A DNA stretch of 64,000 bases from positions 9,066-73,065 of the forward strand of contig CAXHJY010001667.1 in the NCBI GenBank assembly GCA_964016885.1, given 5' to 3'. The notes under the pieces were generated by a model that was not told the DNA's origin, ran no database searches, and was given only the letters and a program-made list of their open reading frames with translations. The position numbers and the translations under genes were made by a program. Of the stretch, positions 1 through 10,999 are shown piece after piece (the stretch's first letter is position 1; each line of letters begins with the position of its first letter). This DNA comes from Eledone cirrhosa. Its lineage: Eukaryota.

Positions 1-248
1 TCAGAATTCTATTTCAAAGAAGGGCAACGTTTTATTGTAAAACATAATTTCACATGCGCATCTGATTTTTGAAAAGCATTAGAAATGCGCAACCGGTTAA
101 ACTTAAAACCAAAACTGAATACTAACCAATACTATTACTAATTTTTACTTATTCCTAATTAAACTATTTTTCACTGAGAACAATTTGTCAGCATTTTCTT
201 TTCCTTTTACCAATATATCATAACTCGCGTGTTACATCTCTATTCTTT

Positions 249-252
<4 letters not shown>
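1..252 (+). mobile_element. Heavily deleted 3' end of a Penelope-like element (region near the GIY-YIG endonuclease, plus UTR)
   Basis: Frame 1 reads SEFYFKEGQRFIVKHNFTCAS, resembling the F.I...FTC.S motif just upstream of PLE GIY-YIG domains. LKPKLN near 103-120 resembles a PLE ORF C-terminus. A hammerhead-like remnant ctga..gaacaatttgtcagca lies at 174-193, and the element ends in (TA)n. Confidence 0.55.
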
Positions 253-319
<67 letters not shown>

Positions 320-449
320 ATGTATATATATTTATTCATCTACCACTGTATAGATAAACGTAGGTATAATTACATCCTCAAACGTATATAAACATTCGTA
401 CGTGCAGATGTGTATAAACACTAGTAAGACATACGCACATGTGTATATA

Positions 450-495
<46 letters not shown>

Positions 496-589
496 GCCGC
501 ATTAAAAATGCTTATATTATGTATATATATGTTTATCTTATATATATATATACACCCTGGTTCGTCCACAGATGTTAATTGGCCTTGGA

Positions 590-1077
590 CAGATGCAAAG
601 TGTAAGTCGTCACACAAAGCTGGTAATAGACTCCAGTCCAGATGTGAAATGTATGTTCCCACTAAAGCTGGTAATAAGCCGCAGTCCAGATGTGAAATGT
701 ATGTTTCCACTAAAGCTGGTAATTGACCAACTCCAGATGTGAAATGTATGTTTCCACTAAAGCTGGTAATAGACCAACTCCAGATGTGAAATGTATGTTT
801 CCACTAAAGCTGGTATAAGCCCCAGTTCAGATGTGAAATGTATGTTCCCACTAAAGCTGGTAAAAGGCCCACACCAGATGTGAAATGTATGTTTCCACTA
901 AAGCTGGTAATAGACCAACTCCAGATGTGAAATGTATGTTTCCACTAAACTGGTAATAGACCAACTCCAGATGTGAAATGTATGTTTCCACTAAAGCTGT
1001 TAATAGACCCACTCCAGATGTGAAATGTATGTTTCCACTAAAGCTGGTAATAGACCAACTCCAGATGTGAAATGTAT
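590..1077. repeat. Minisatellite, 47-48 bp unit (ccagatgtgaaatgtatgtttccactaaagctggtaatagaccaact), about 10 copies
   Basis: Direct tandem repetition is visible, e.g. unit starts at 733 and 780. Confidence 0.95.
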
Positions 1078-1167
1078 TATTTAATTCTCAAAGTTCTTTC
1101 GCCATATATCCAGTGGCCTTTTCAATGTCTCTGCCTCATGTTATTGTTCCAGTTACCTGATTAATAA

Positions 1168-1380
1168 GTTTCTGATTCAGGTACGAGGTCAACAATTTTT
1201 GGGGATGGGAAAGCCGATTAAATCTACCCCAGTGCATTACTGGTACTTTATTTAACCGACCCCATAAAGATGAAAGGCAAAGCTAACCTTGGCGTAATTT
1301 GAAATCAGAACGCAAAGGGCCGTAACTCTATGCCACAAAGCATGTTGTCCGACGCTCTACCGATACTGCTAATCCACCGT
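1168..1380 (-). mobile_element. tRNA-derived SINE, family 1 (Meta-like core)
   Basis: Reverse complement matches the copy at 36398-36620 (A box, B box, core ctttgcctttcatccttacggggtcgataaaataaagtaccagt). Confidence 0.85.
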
Positions 1381-1427
1381 ACTAAACACCGAAGCGAGAC
1401 ACAGTTGGTGGGTATTTTTATATATAG

Positions 1428-1488
<61 letters not shown>

Positions 1489-1649
1489 CATACATATATA
1501 TATATTTCGATTCACAAATACATACATATATCTGCATGTATATACATAGAGATGTCTAATGTTGAGATTTAACCATGAAAATAACACGTCTATAACCATC
1601 TTATATATATCCGTGCTATTTCCAACTTCACCCCCCCTTCTCTCTCTAT

Positions 1650-1737
<88 letters not shown>

Positions 1738-1743
1738 ATATAT

Positions 1744-1777
<34 letters not shown>

Positions 1778-1781
1778 ATAT

Positions 1782-1826
<45 letters not shown>

Positions 1827-1903
1827 AGAATATTAAAATATATTTAAAATTTAAATCCAAACCAGATGTTTATATACAGCAAACATACTCTTTCTCTCCC
1901 TTA

Positions 1904-1983
<80 letters not shown>

Positions 1984-2059
1984 TATTTGCCAGAGATTCT
2001 AAACCAGCCTCTCGTAGCTTCAACGTGAAAGGCTCAATCTGTGTAAAAGACACCCCTTA

Positions 2060-2600
2060 CAGAAGATCAGGTTGAGAGCTAATGGGACTGTATAGGAAAC
2101 AAGCGATGAGTTCAACATGGAAGCTGTATGGTTAGCAAAAACTAGAGCAGGTCTAATGCCATATGTTCAACAAAACCAATACAAACTACAGGGCGCAATA
2201 CTGGAAACGGCTCCACAGAATATGTCAGACAGGATATTCCCAGGCCCAGACCTCATAATAGGTTAAATGGTTTAAGAATATCTGATATGGTTGTATAGAG
2301 ATCTGATATGGTTGTATAGAGAAAGTATGAAGAGCCCATAAGAACTACTTCAATAACTATAATTTGTTAGTTTTCTCATCCTCCACACATGGCCAAACCA
2401 TCCACGTTAATAATTACAACGTTATAACAATACTAATTATAAATATCCTGTATAAACTATACACTGTGCTTCAATGTGTTCTTGCAGGATCATTGTGAGA
2501 GCTACAACACCCGAACAAAAACAATGTAGTAGATAGGCTCTGGTAGTTGTTGGCGTTTCGGAACATTGGTCATAGAAGAGACCTCCTTAACTTTGGCAAG
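2060..2600 (+). pseudogene. Degenerate R4/Dong-clade non-LTR reverse transcriptase fragment
   Basis: Broken frames give EFNMEAVWL..., MSDRIFPGPDLIIG (cf. NWKAPGPD), NNYNVIT..NILYKLYT (cf. NYRPITCLNTLYKLLT) and TPEQKQC (cf. PEEQKGC), in the expected order with stops and frameshifts. Confidence 0.6.
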
Positions 2601-2805
2601 GAATAGTATTTGAAAAACAAATATTAAAAAACAAATAACAAGAATCAAAGACAAAAAAAAAAAGAAAAATTAACAAAATCAAAGAAAAAGCAAAAACAAC
2701 AAAATATTAGCCTAACAGATTCTTCAGTTTCTCATAAGTACCTGGTTATATTTTTGAGATGGGGGGGGGGGGGGCATATATTCCATGGAATACGGTATGT
2801 AACGA

Positions 2806-2859
<54 letters not shown>

Positions 2860-2868
2860 TAAACAGTA

Positions 2869-2965
2869 CAGGATGTCCCCCAAATGTATACATATCTTGA
2901 TTGACTACACATTATTTATTAGAATGCTGTTGAAGTGTATATACATTTTACTGTTCCAACCATCC
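2869..2965. mobile_element. Tc1/mariner-type MITE, degenerate copy
   Basis: Similar to the intact copy at 27887-27963. Other partial copies lie at about 13469-13535, 14910-15017 and 32627-32700. Confidence 0.6.
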
Positions 2966-2979
2966 GTCTATATATGGTC

Positions 2980-3018
<39 letters not shown>

Positions 3019-3070
3019 ATAATAATAAATTTGAAGAAGCACCGATTCTTTGCTTAAACTTTAATTTGTA

Positions 3071-3127
<57 letters not shown>

Positions 3128-3130
<3 letters not shown>

Positions 3131-3311
3131 AAAAAGTATGACCCGACGGCAGAGCTCAAGCCGTTTCGACGGCTATTTCTGGACTACGTCGAAACGGCTT
3201 GAGCTCTGCCGTCGGGGTCATACTTTTTCCTATTTCCCACTCTACTACCCTAAGTATTGAGTACTCTGGTGCGTTATGGTCCGTCTGGTTCCTTACCACA
3301 ATTCCTTTGTT
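3128..3311 (+). mobile_element. Penelope-like fold-back element, family A (3' half of a hammerhead plus bulged-hairpin tail)
   Basis: Inverted repeat 3128-3232; GAAACGGC-ttgagctct-GCCGTC stem III with GUC triplet; ACTC-TAC-loop-GTA-TT-GAGT at 3239-3262; (TA)n flanks. Other copies at 8437-8636(-), 22320-22406, 27432-27622 and 42317-42376. Confidence 0.75.
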
Positions 3312-3327
3312 ATATATATATATATAT

Positions 3328-3490
3328 GAGTTTCAGAAGATCCCGTTAAGGGTGAAAGCAGCGATTCTTTGCTTAAACTTTAATCTATTATTTTAATAAA
3401 TATTTGCTCTACGGTTCTTATATATTTGATATATATTTATCCTTATCGAGCCCTCTTTGGATTTTAGTCTTCAAATTTATTATTATTACT
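3328..3490 (+). mobile_element. Penelope-like element, family E
   Basis: Flanked by (TA)n. Full or partial copies at 3017-3080, 4058-4129(-), 23724-23917, 42392-42505, 45331-45450, 51552-51610 and 51666-51730, several with an inverted arm. Confidence 0.75.
3329..3379 (+). ncRNA. Variant type I hammerhead ribozyme (CAGAAGA core, CUU triplet)
   Basis: Stem I agttt/aaact; core CAGAAGA; stem II ccc-gttaa-ggg; GAAA; stem III AGCA/TGCT; H17 = U. Confidence 0.6.
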
Positions 3491-3580
3491 AAATATATAT
3501 ATATATTTATAAATATAGTTTATAAATATAGTTTTCCATTTATTTAATATTGTATATATATTTATATATATATATATATA

Positions 3581-3692
3581 ACACAAACGAAGACGGGTGA
3601 GTTGCCATACGTCGAGTGCTTTTCCTAATATTACATCAAGGTTGACTATACGGAATGACCAGTTCTATCCAGTAGTGAACCAACAAACCTAA

Positions 3693-3695
<3 letters not shown>
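3581..3695 (+). mobile_element. Tail fragment of Penelope-like family D
   Basis: Homologous to 30021-30133. Confidence 0.75.
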
Positions 3696-3778
<83 letters not shown>

Positions 3779-3990
3779 ATATATATGTGTGTGGAGAGAG
3801 AGAGAGAGAGAGAGGTAGGTAGTAGTAGGCTGCTTGTACTCTTCTATAGTCTAATGTCTAATACTTCACCTACTTCAACGTGTCTTGTGTTATCTAAAGT
3901 TTCTTTTTTAATTCCACAGAAATGTTTCAGATATTTAAACATCGTATCAGGCTTTCCACTGTTTCACTTCTTCAAAATGTATGTTCAACC

Positions 3991-4054
<64 letters not shown>

Positions 4055-4129
4055 AATAAATATTTATTAAAATAACAGATTAAAGTTTTAGCAAAGAATC
4101 GCTGCTTTTACCCTTAACGGGATCTTCTG

Positions 4130-4166
4130 TATGTATATATATATACATATATATACATATGATATA

Positions 4167-4207
<41 letters not shown>

Positions 4208-4240
4208 GCATATATATATATATATATATATATACATATG

Positions 4241-4273
<33 letters not shown>

Positions 4274-4300
4274 CATATGATATATATATATATATACATA

Positions 4301-4386
<86 letters not shown>

Positions 4387-4559
4387 CATATGATATATAT
4401 ATATATAGACATATATACATATGATATATATATATATACATATGATATATAGACATATATACATATGATATATATATATATATGCATATGATATATATAT
4501 ATATACATATGATATATATATATATACATATGATATATATATATATATATATACATATG

Positions 4560-4590
<31 letters not shown>

Positions 4591-6133
4591 CATATGATAT
4601 ATATATATACATATGATATATATATATATACATATGATATATATATATACATATATACATATGATATATATATATACATATGATATATATATATATATAC
4701 ATATGATATATATATATACATATGATATATATATATACATATATACATATGATATATATATATATATATATATACATATGATATATATATATATATATAT
4801 ATAAGGAGGAAGTTATAGTTCACGTTTGTATATGTATAATAAAGCCAAAACAATGCAGGTATGGACATAGAATAAAGAATACAAATGCAAAAGATATTGT
4901 TGAGAATTGGTCTTTTACCTTAGATTTATTTAAATGTCCTTAATTTTCAAGATAATATGTGTATATATATATATATGTATATATATATACACATATATAT
5001 ACAGATATATATATATACATATATATATATACACATATATATACATATATATATATATATACATATATATATACACATATATATACAGATATATACATAT
5101 ATATATATATATACACACATATATATACACACATATGTATACACATATATATATACACATATGTATACACATATATATATACACATATATATATACACAT
5201 ATATATACAAACATATATATACACATATATATACAAACATATATATACACATATATATATACACATATATATATACACATATATATATACACATATATAT
5301 ATACACACATATATACACATATATATATACACACATATATATACATATATATACACAGACATATATACACATATATATACACACACATATATACACATAT
5401 ATATACACACATATACACACATATATATATACACATATATATACAGATATATATATACAGATATATATATACATATATATACAGATATATATAGATATAT
5501 ATACACATATATATATACAGATATATATACACATATATATACAGATATATATATACATATATATACAGATATATAAATATACATATATATACAGATATAT
5601 ATATATACATATATATACAGATATATATATATACATATATATATATACACATATATATATACACACATATATATACACACATATATATATATACACATAT
5701 ATATATATACACACATATATATATATACACATATATATATATATACACATATATATATATATACACATATATATATATATACACATATATATATATATAC
5801 ACATATATATATACACACATATATACAGATATATATATATACATATATACACACATATATATACACATATATATATACTCACATATATATATACACATAT
5901 ATACACACATATATATACACACATATATATATACACATATATACACACATATATATACACACATATATACACATATATATACTGTATATACATATATATA
6001 CTGTATATACATATATACATATACACACATATATACTGTATATACATATATATACTGTATATACATATATATATTGTATATACATATACACACATATATA
6101 TACACACACACACATATATATATATACACACAC

Positions 6134-6168
<35 letters not shown>

Positions 6169-6531
6169 AACACTTATATATATCCACATATATATACACA
6201 TATATATATCCACATATATATACACATATATATACACACATATATACACATATATACACACACATATATATATACACATACATATATATATACACATACA
6301 TATATATACATACTTACATATATACACATACATATATCTATATACACATACATATATATATATATACACATACATATATATATATACACATACATATATA
6401 TATATACACATACACATATATATACATACACATACACATATATACACATACACATATATACATATGCATACACACATATATATACATACACATATATATA
6501 CATATATATGATTTGTGCATGTTGCATTACA

Positions 6532-6567
<36 letters not shown>

Positions 6568-6837
6568 GTGTGTGACTGTGTGTATATGTTTTTATGTTGC
6601 TGATATTATATATACATCGGCGTGTTATATAGGAGAGATGGGTGTATATATGCTGCTACCACAATAGACAATTAAATACACATGTGGTTCTCTTATCTCC
6701 TGGGACATATATTCCTCGTTTGCTTCGCCCTCTCATTCGGAGTTAACCAACCAAAAGACATCTACATTTTAAAATAACTGCCATTGTCTCACTGCTATTT
6801 GATTATATATTTATATACACATACATACATACATACA

Positions 6838-6873
<36 letters not shown>

Positions 6874-7300
6874 TACATAGATTCATAGATATATACATAG
6901 ATACATACATAGATTCATACATATATACATAGATTCATACATATATACATATATATACATACATATATATATATATATATATACATAGATTCATACATAT
7001 ATACATATATATACATACATATATATATATATATATACATAGATTCATACATATATATACATAGATTCATACATATATACATATATATACATAGATTCAT
7101 ACATATATACATATATATACATAGATTCTTACATATATATACATATACATACATAGATTCATACATATATATATACATACATAAATTCACATATATATAT
7201 ATATATATATACTCATGTATAAATGTGTGAGTGTGTTTGTATGTGTGTGTGTATATATTTGTATATATATATTTATATATATATATATGTATGTATATAT
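4130..7300. repeat. Long compound (TA)n/(CA)n/(TACA)n microsatellite fields with short unique islands
   Basis: Seen directly. Similar fields lie at 17310-19150, 44760-44975, 55850-57470 and 63060-64000. Confidence 0.95.
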
Positions 7301-7304
7301 AAGT

Positions 7305-7460
7305 TTATCCCGGGTTCAATCGGAGGTAACCACAGTAAGTAAGGTACTCAATACATAGCAGAGTATAAATATTTAATATAGAAATGGCTTCTACAAGACT
7401 AGAACAGTTTCATTCGGAAGAAAGATTTCCAGTCCTGCAGAAACCATTTCTATATTAAAT
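7305..7460 (-). mobile_element. Penelope-like fold-back element, family C
   Basis: Homologous to 22132-22300, 23938-24128 and 41973-42148; inverted arms; (TA)n flanks. Confidence 0.75.
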
Positions 7461-7789
7461 ATATATATATATATATATATATATAAGCATTTATATATAT
7501 ATATAAGCATATATGTATGCATAATATATATATATGCATATATGTATGCGTAAATATATGCACATTATCTATTTGACTGTCTATTTAGCTATTTCCCAGT
7601 GTCATTCATGACCTAAGGGAGTCTTTACCCTTTACCCTCATATCTAGCTATGTTTCTATATTTACCAAAATATCTTTGTACAAAAATGACAATACCAACA
7701 ATGAAAATCGAAACCCAATATCAGTTTGGAGGTATAGAACAATACATAGGAAGTTCAAAGACATCGTAAGTCACTAAATATATTTGATA

Positions 7790-7978
7790 ATTGTTTCTAC
7801 TTTTGGCACAAGGCCAGCAACTACCCAGTGCATTTCTGGTACTTTATTTTATCGACCCCGTAAGGATGAAAGGCAAAGTTAACTTCGACGAGATTTGAAT
7901 TCAAACCGTACAGGGACGTAACTATGATGGAAAGCATGGCGTCCGACTCTCTACTGATACTGCCAATTCACCGCCCTT
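7790..7978 (-). mobile_element. SINE family 1 with target site duplication taaatatatttgataat
   Basis: Matches the family consensus, with a direct repeat on both sides. Confidence 0.9.
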
Positions 7979-8150
7979 AAATATATTTGATAATGATTAA
8001 AGAAAATGTGAAAGAAAATTATTGTAATTAATTTAAATATATGTAAAATGAAATCAGATGATGGCCAAAGGGACAAGAAGTTGATGGAGATGTTTAGTTA
8101 AATACATTTTAAACTCTAGATCTTGTCATTTTCGGTGGGTATTATACTGG

Positions 8151-8236
<86 letters not shown>

Positions 8237-8243
<7 letters not shown>

Positions 8244-8424
8244 ATAAAATAAATAAGTCAAATGTTTAAAATTTGGCTTCGTTCATAACGAAGCCAAATT
8301 TTAACTTATTTTATTTTATTTTACTTTACATTACTCCGGAGTCACCAAACCAACCTGCGCACTTCGTCGAGTGCTCCAATCTGCATACTGAGGTGTTGGT
8401 ATACAACCAACATATACTCAAAAT
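8237..8424 (+). mobile_element. Fold-back element, family H, with bulged-hairpin tail
   Basis: Inverted repeat centred near 8285 (aaaatttggcttcgtt/aacgaagccaaatttt); ACTC-CGGAGT...ACTTCG-TC-GAGT at 8333-8372; (TA)n flanks. Confidence 0.65.
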
Positions 8425-8635
8425 ATATATATATATAACAAAGAAGGTGTGGTAAGGAACCAGGTGGACCATAACGCACCAGAGTACTCGATACTTAGGG
8501 TAGTAGAGTGGGTAATAGGTAATGAGTCAGGAACCCGACGGCTGAATTCTGGCCGTTTCGACAGCTAGATCCGAACTGTTCGGAGCTAGCTGTCGAAACT
8601 ACCGGAGCTCTGCCGTCGGGGTCCTGACTATTTCC

Positions 8636-8664
<29 letters not shown>

Positions 8665-8666
<2 letters not shown>

Positions 8667-8878
8667 TCATTTATATTAAGGCTTCAAAGTGAGTCTTCTT
8701 ACTCTGGAGTTTCACTTGTTTATCACAGGGTTATCAAATTAGATGTTCTTGTCTGATGACCCTGTGATAAATAGGCGAAACTCCAGAGTAACAAGACTCA
8801 CTTTGAGGCCTTAATATAGATGAATATTAAAACTCTACTTCGGTATTGAGTACTCCTTTCTCTCATCCGTCAACCACA
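8665..8878 (+). mobile_element. Penelope-like fold-back element, family B
   Basis: An inverted arm of about 70 bp (8665-8737) mirrors 8753-8826. It contains a complete hammerhead and a tail hairpin at 8832-8851. A related copy lies at 35606-35790. Confidence 0.8.
8747..8796 (+). ncRNA. Type I hammerhead ribozyme, intact core
   Basis: Stem I tcttgt/acaaga; CTGATGA 8753-8759; stem II cctgt/atagg; GAAA 8777-8780; stem III ACTC-ca-GAGT; GUA triplet, predicted cleavage after 8790. Confidence 0.8.
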
Positions 8879-8883
8879 TACAG

Positions 8884-8921
<38 letters not shown>

Positions 8922-8981
8922 TTTACTTGGACTACCTTTTATTTTCTGTATCTATCCTTTGTGATCCAGTCTCTATTTTTG

Positions 8982-9020
8982 TACTCCTGAAGAAGGGCTA
9001 AATCCCGACATGTCGAACTT
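8982..9020 (+). ncRNA. Degenerate hammerhead remnant
   Basis: CTGAAGA-a-ggg-ctaaat-ccc-GA(AA missing)-CATGT-C, with palindromic ACATGT stem III and GUC triplet. The core is damaged and stem I is poor. Confidence 0.4.
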
Positions 9021-9090
9021 TCTTTTCCCTTTTCCATATAAAGTGTGAAACTAATAAGAAATGTTGTACCTCTGTTTTGTAGTTTCCTTG

Positions 9091-9145
<55 letters not shown>

Positions 9146-9708
9146 TCATAACAAATGCAACTCGTATGTTTAGACAGACATGCAACCATCGCTCAAAACC
9201 TGTTGCATTTATTTTGTCTTGCTTCTCTCTAATTAATTAGTTTATCTCAATCGTCCAATATAAGATGTCCAATATAAATGATTGCACGACAGTGTATTGT
9301 ATCCAAGTGATATCACACATACACACATTGAAGGTATGGAAATATCTTGAATAGAAAACACTGGGACTCTTCTCTCACCGAACGCGCTGAACTAATTAAA
9401 ATGCTTTGAATGGTTCTTCGTTGGGGTTATTACGTCTTGGCCACAATTGATAGGCAGAAAGTGGATAATTTGTGTTATATCCTACAAACAAACAGGCAGA
9501 CAAATAGACAGGCAGACAAATAGACAGGCAGACAAATAGACAGGCAGACAAATAGACAGGCAGACAGTAGGGACGTGTAAAACAAAGGCGCCGTTTCCCT
9601 GCCCAAAGACATACATAGATACATTTATACATACATAAATATATACACCAATATAACATTAAAGTTTACACACACAAACACACACGCACACACATATATA
9701 TATATATT

Positions 9709-9977
9709 CAAGGGCCTTGTTTTAGGGGGCTACCAGGGGACAAGCCCCCCCCCCCCCCCCACACACACAGACACACTTTTTCAAACGTCTATATTTTATT
9801 TTTTGTTTATTTGATATAAATTCTTTTTAAGCTTATTTTTTTTATATCTGAACTTCATTTGAATATATAAAATTTTATTAGCGTCCAGGAAAGGCAGCAT
9901 AAGCAATTTATGCTCCTTTAAGAATCAACAAATGTTGGTTTGTCCCCCTCACAGTTTAAAGGCAAATGAGGCCCCTG
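9709..9977. mobile_element. DNA-transposon MITE with imperfect TIRs
   Basis: Ends caagggccttgttt / aaatgaggcccctg; subterminal ggggacaa/ttgtcccc; sits in a (TA)n tract. Confidence 0.55.
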
Positions 9978-10139
9978 AATATATATATATATATATATTA
10001 GGGTATTCAATCTTCTTAAGGTGACTGAGTCTTGCTCGATAAATAGTTGAGGGGGAAATCGAGTTTAGACGAAGAGTGTTCACACTTGCAATGTAAGAAG
10101 TACTTGGCTGTCATACCGATGATTTCTCTTGTTCTCCCG

Positions 10140-10320
10140 TGGTTACAAGAGTGGCGTCGTGAGTCGACTTTACCCGCGGTGATTGTCGGGGCACAGGTAA
10201 AAAAAAAAAAAGATTTGAATAAATACTGGGGTTGAAAATGATCCACTAAACCCTTCCCCAAGCGGGGTTCCAGCCTGGCCGCAGTCTAATGACTGTATTG
10301 AGAAACAGAATACAAAAGAC
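10140..10320 (+). mobile_element. SINE 3' fragment (tail ccagcctggccgcagtctaatgactg)
   Basis: The same tail occurs at 44455-44515(+) and 36745-36785(-). Confidence 0.55.
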
Positions 10321-10379
10321 GGTGTGAAGTGACATCTTATACAGTGTAACAATTGTGTGAAGGAAGATTTTAACTTTTA

Positions 10380-10885
10380 CATTTGTCTGTCGAGTGACTT
10401 GATCCGAGACTGTGTGTTAAAACTGAAGAAATTACATGATGGAAGAGTCATTTTAGCCACAGTTGTACTTGTCTGGCAGAGGACTTGATCTGAGATTTTC
10501 TTGAAACTATGGAAGTCATTTTAACCACAGTTGTACTTGTCTGGCAGAGGACTTGATCTGAGATTTTGTTGAAACTATGGAAGTCATTTTAACCACAGTT
10601 GTACTTGTCTGGCAGAGGACTTGATCTGAGACTTTGTTGAAACTATGGAAGAGTCATTTTAGCCACAGTTGTACTTGTCTGGCAGAGGACTTGATCTGAG
10701 ACTGTTGAAACTATGGAAGAGTCATTTTAGCCACAGTTGTACATGTCTTGTAAGTGACTTGCTCTGAGACTGTGTTGAAACTGAAGTAATTACATCACGG
10801 AACAGTCATTTTAGTCACAGTTGTACATGTCTGGCAGATGACTTGATTTGTAATTGAGTTGAAACTGAACCAATTACACCGTGAG
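10380..10885. repeat. Minisatellite, unit about 58-61 bp (gtcattttagccacagttgtacttgtctggcagaggacttgatctgaga...)
   Basis: About 7-8 tandem copies, with diverged edges. Confidence 0.95.
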
Positions 10886-10999
10886 TCAGTTTATATTTAC
10901 AATATATTTTATGGTGCTGAATTTTTCGTCGTACTTTTTTCGACCTGGTCACTGACAGTTCAACTGCAACTCTTAACGTTTTGTTTGTCAACCTCAACA

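Noticed and set aside
590-1077. CRISPR-like appearance of this and other arrays (19938, 32027, 49124)
   Set aside because: There are no unique spacers and no cas genes, and the context is eukaryotic; these are tandem repeats.
4080-6603. Long ORFs of 200-600 aa (YI/CV/HT-rich), here and at 17113-19235, 39033-40574 and 55813-57166
   Set aside because: They are translations of microsatellites that lack stop codons by composition.
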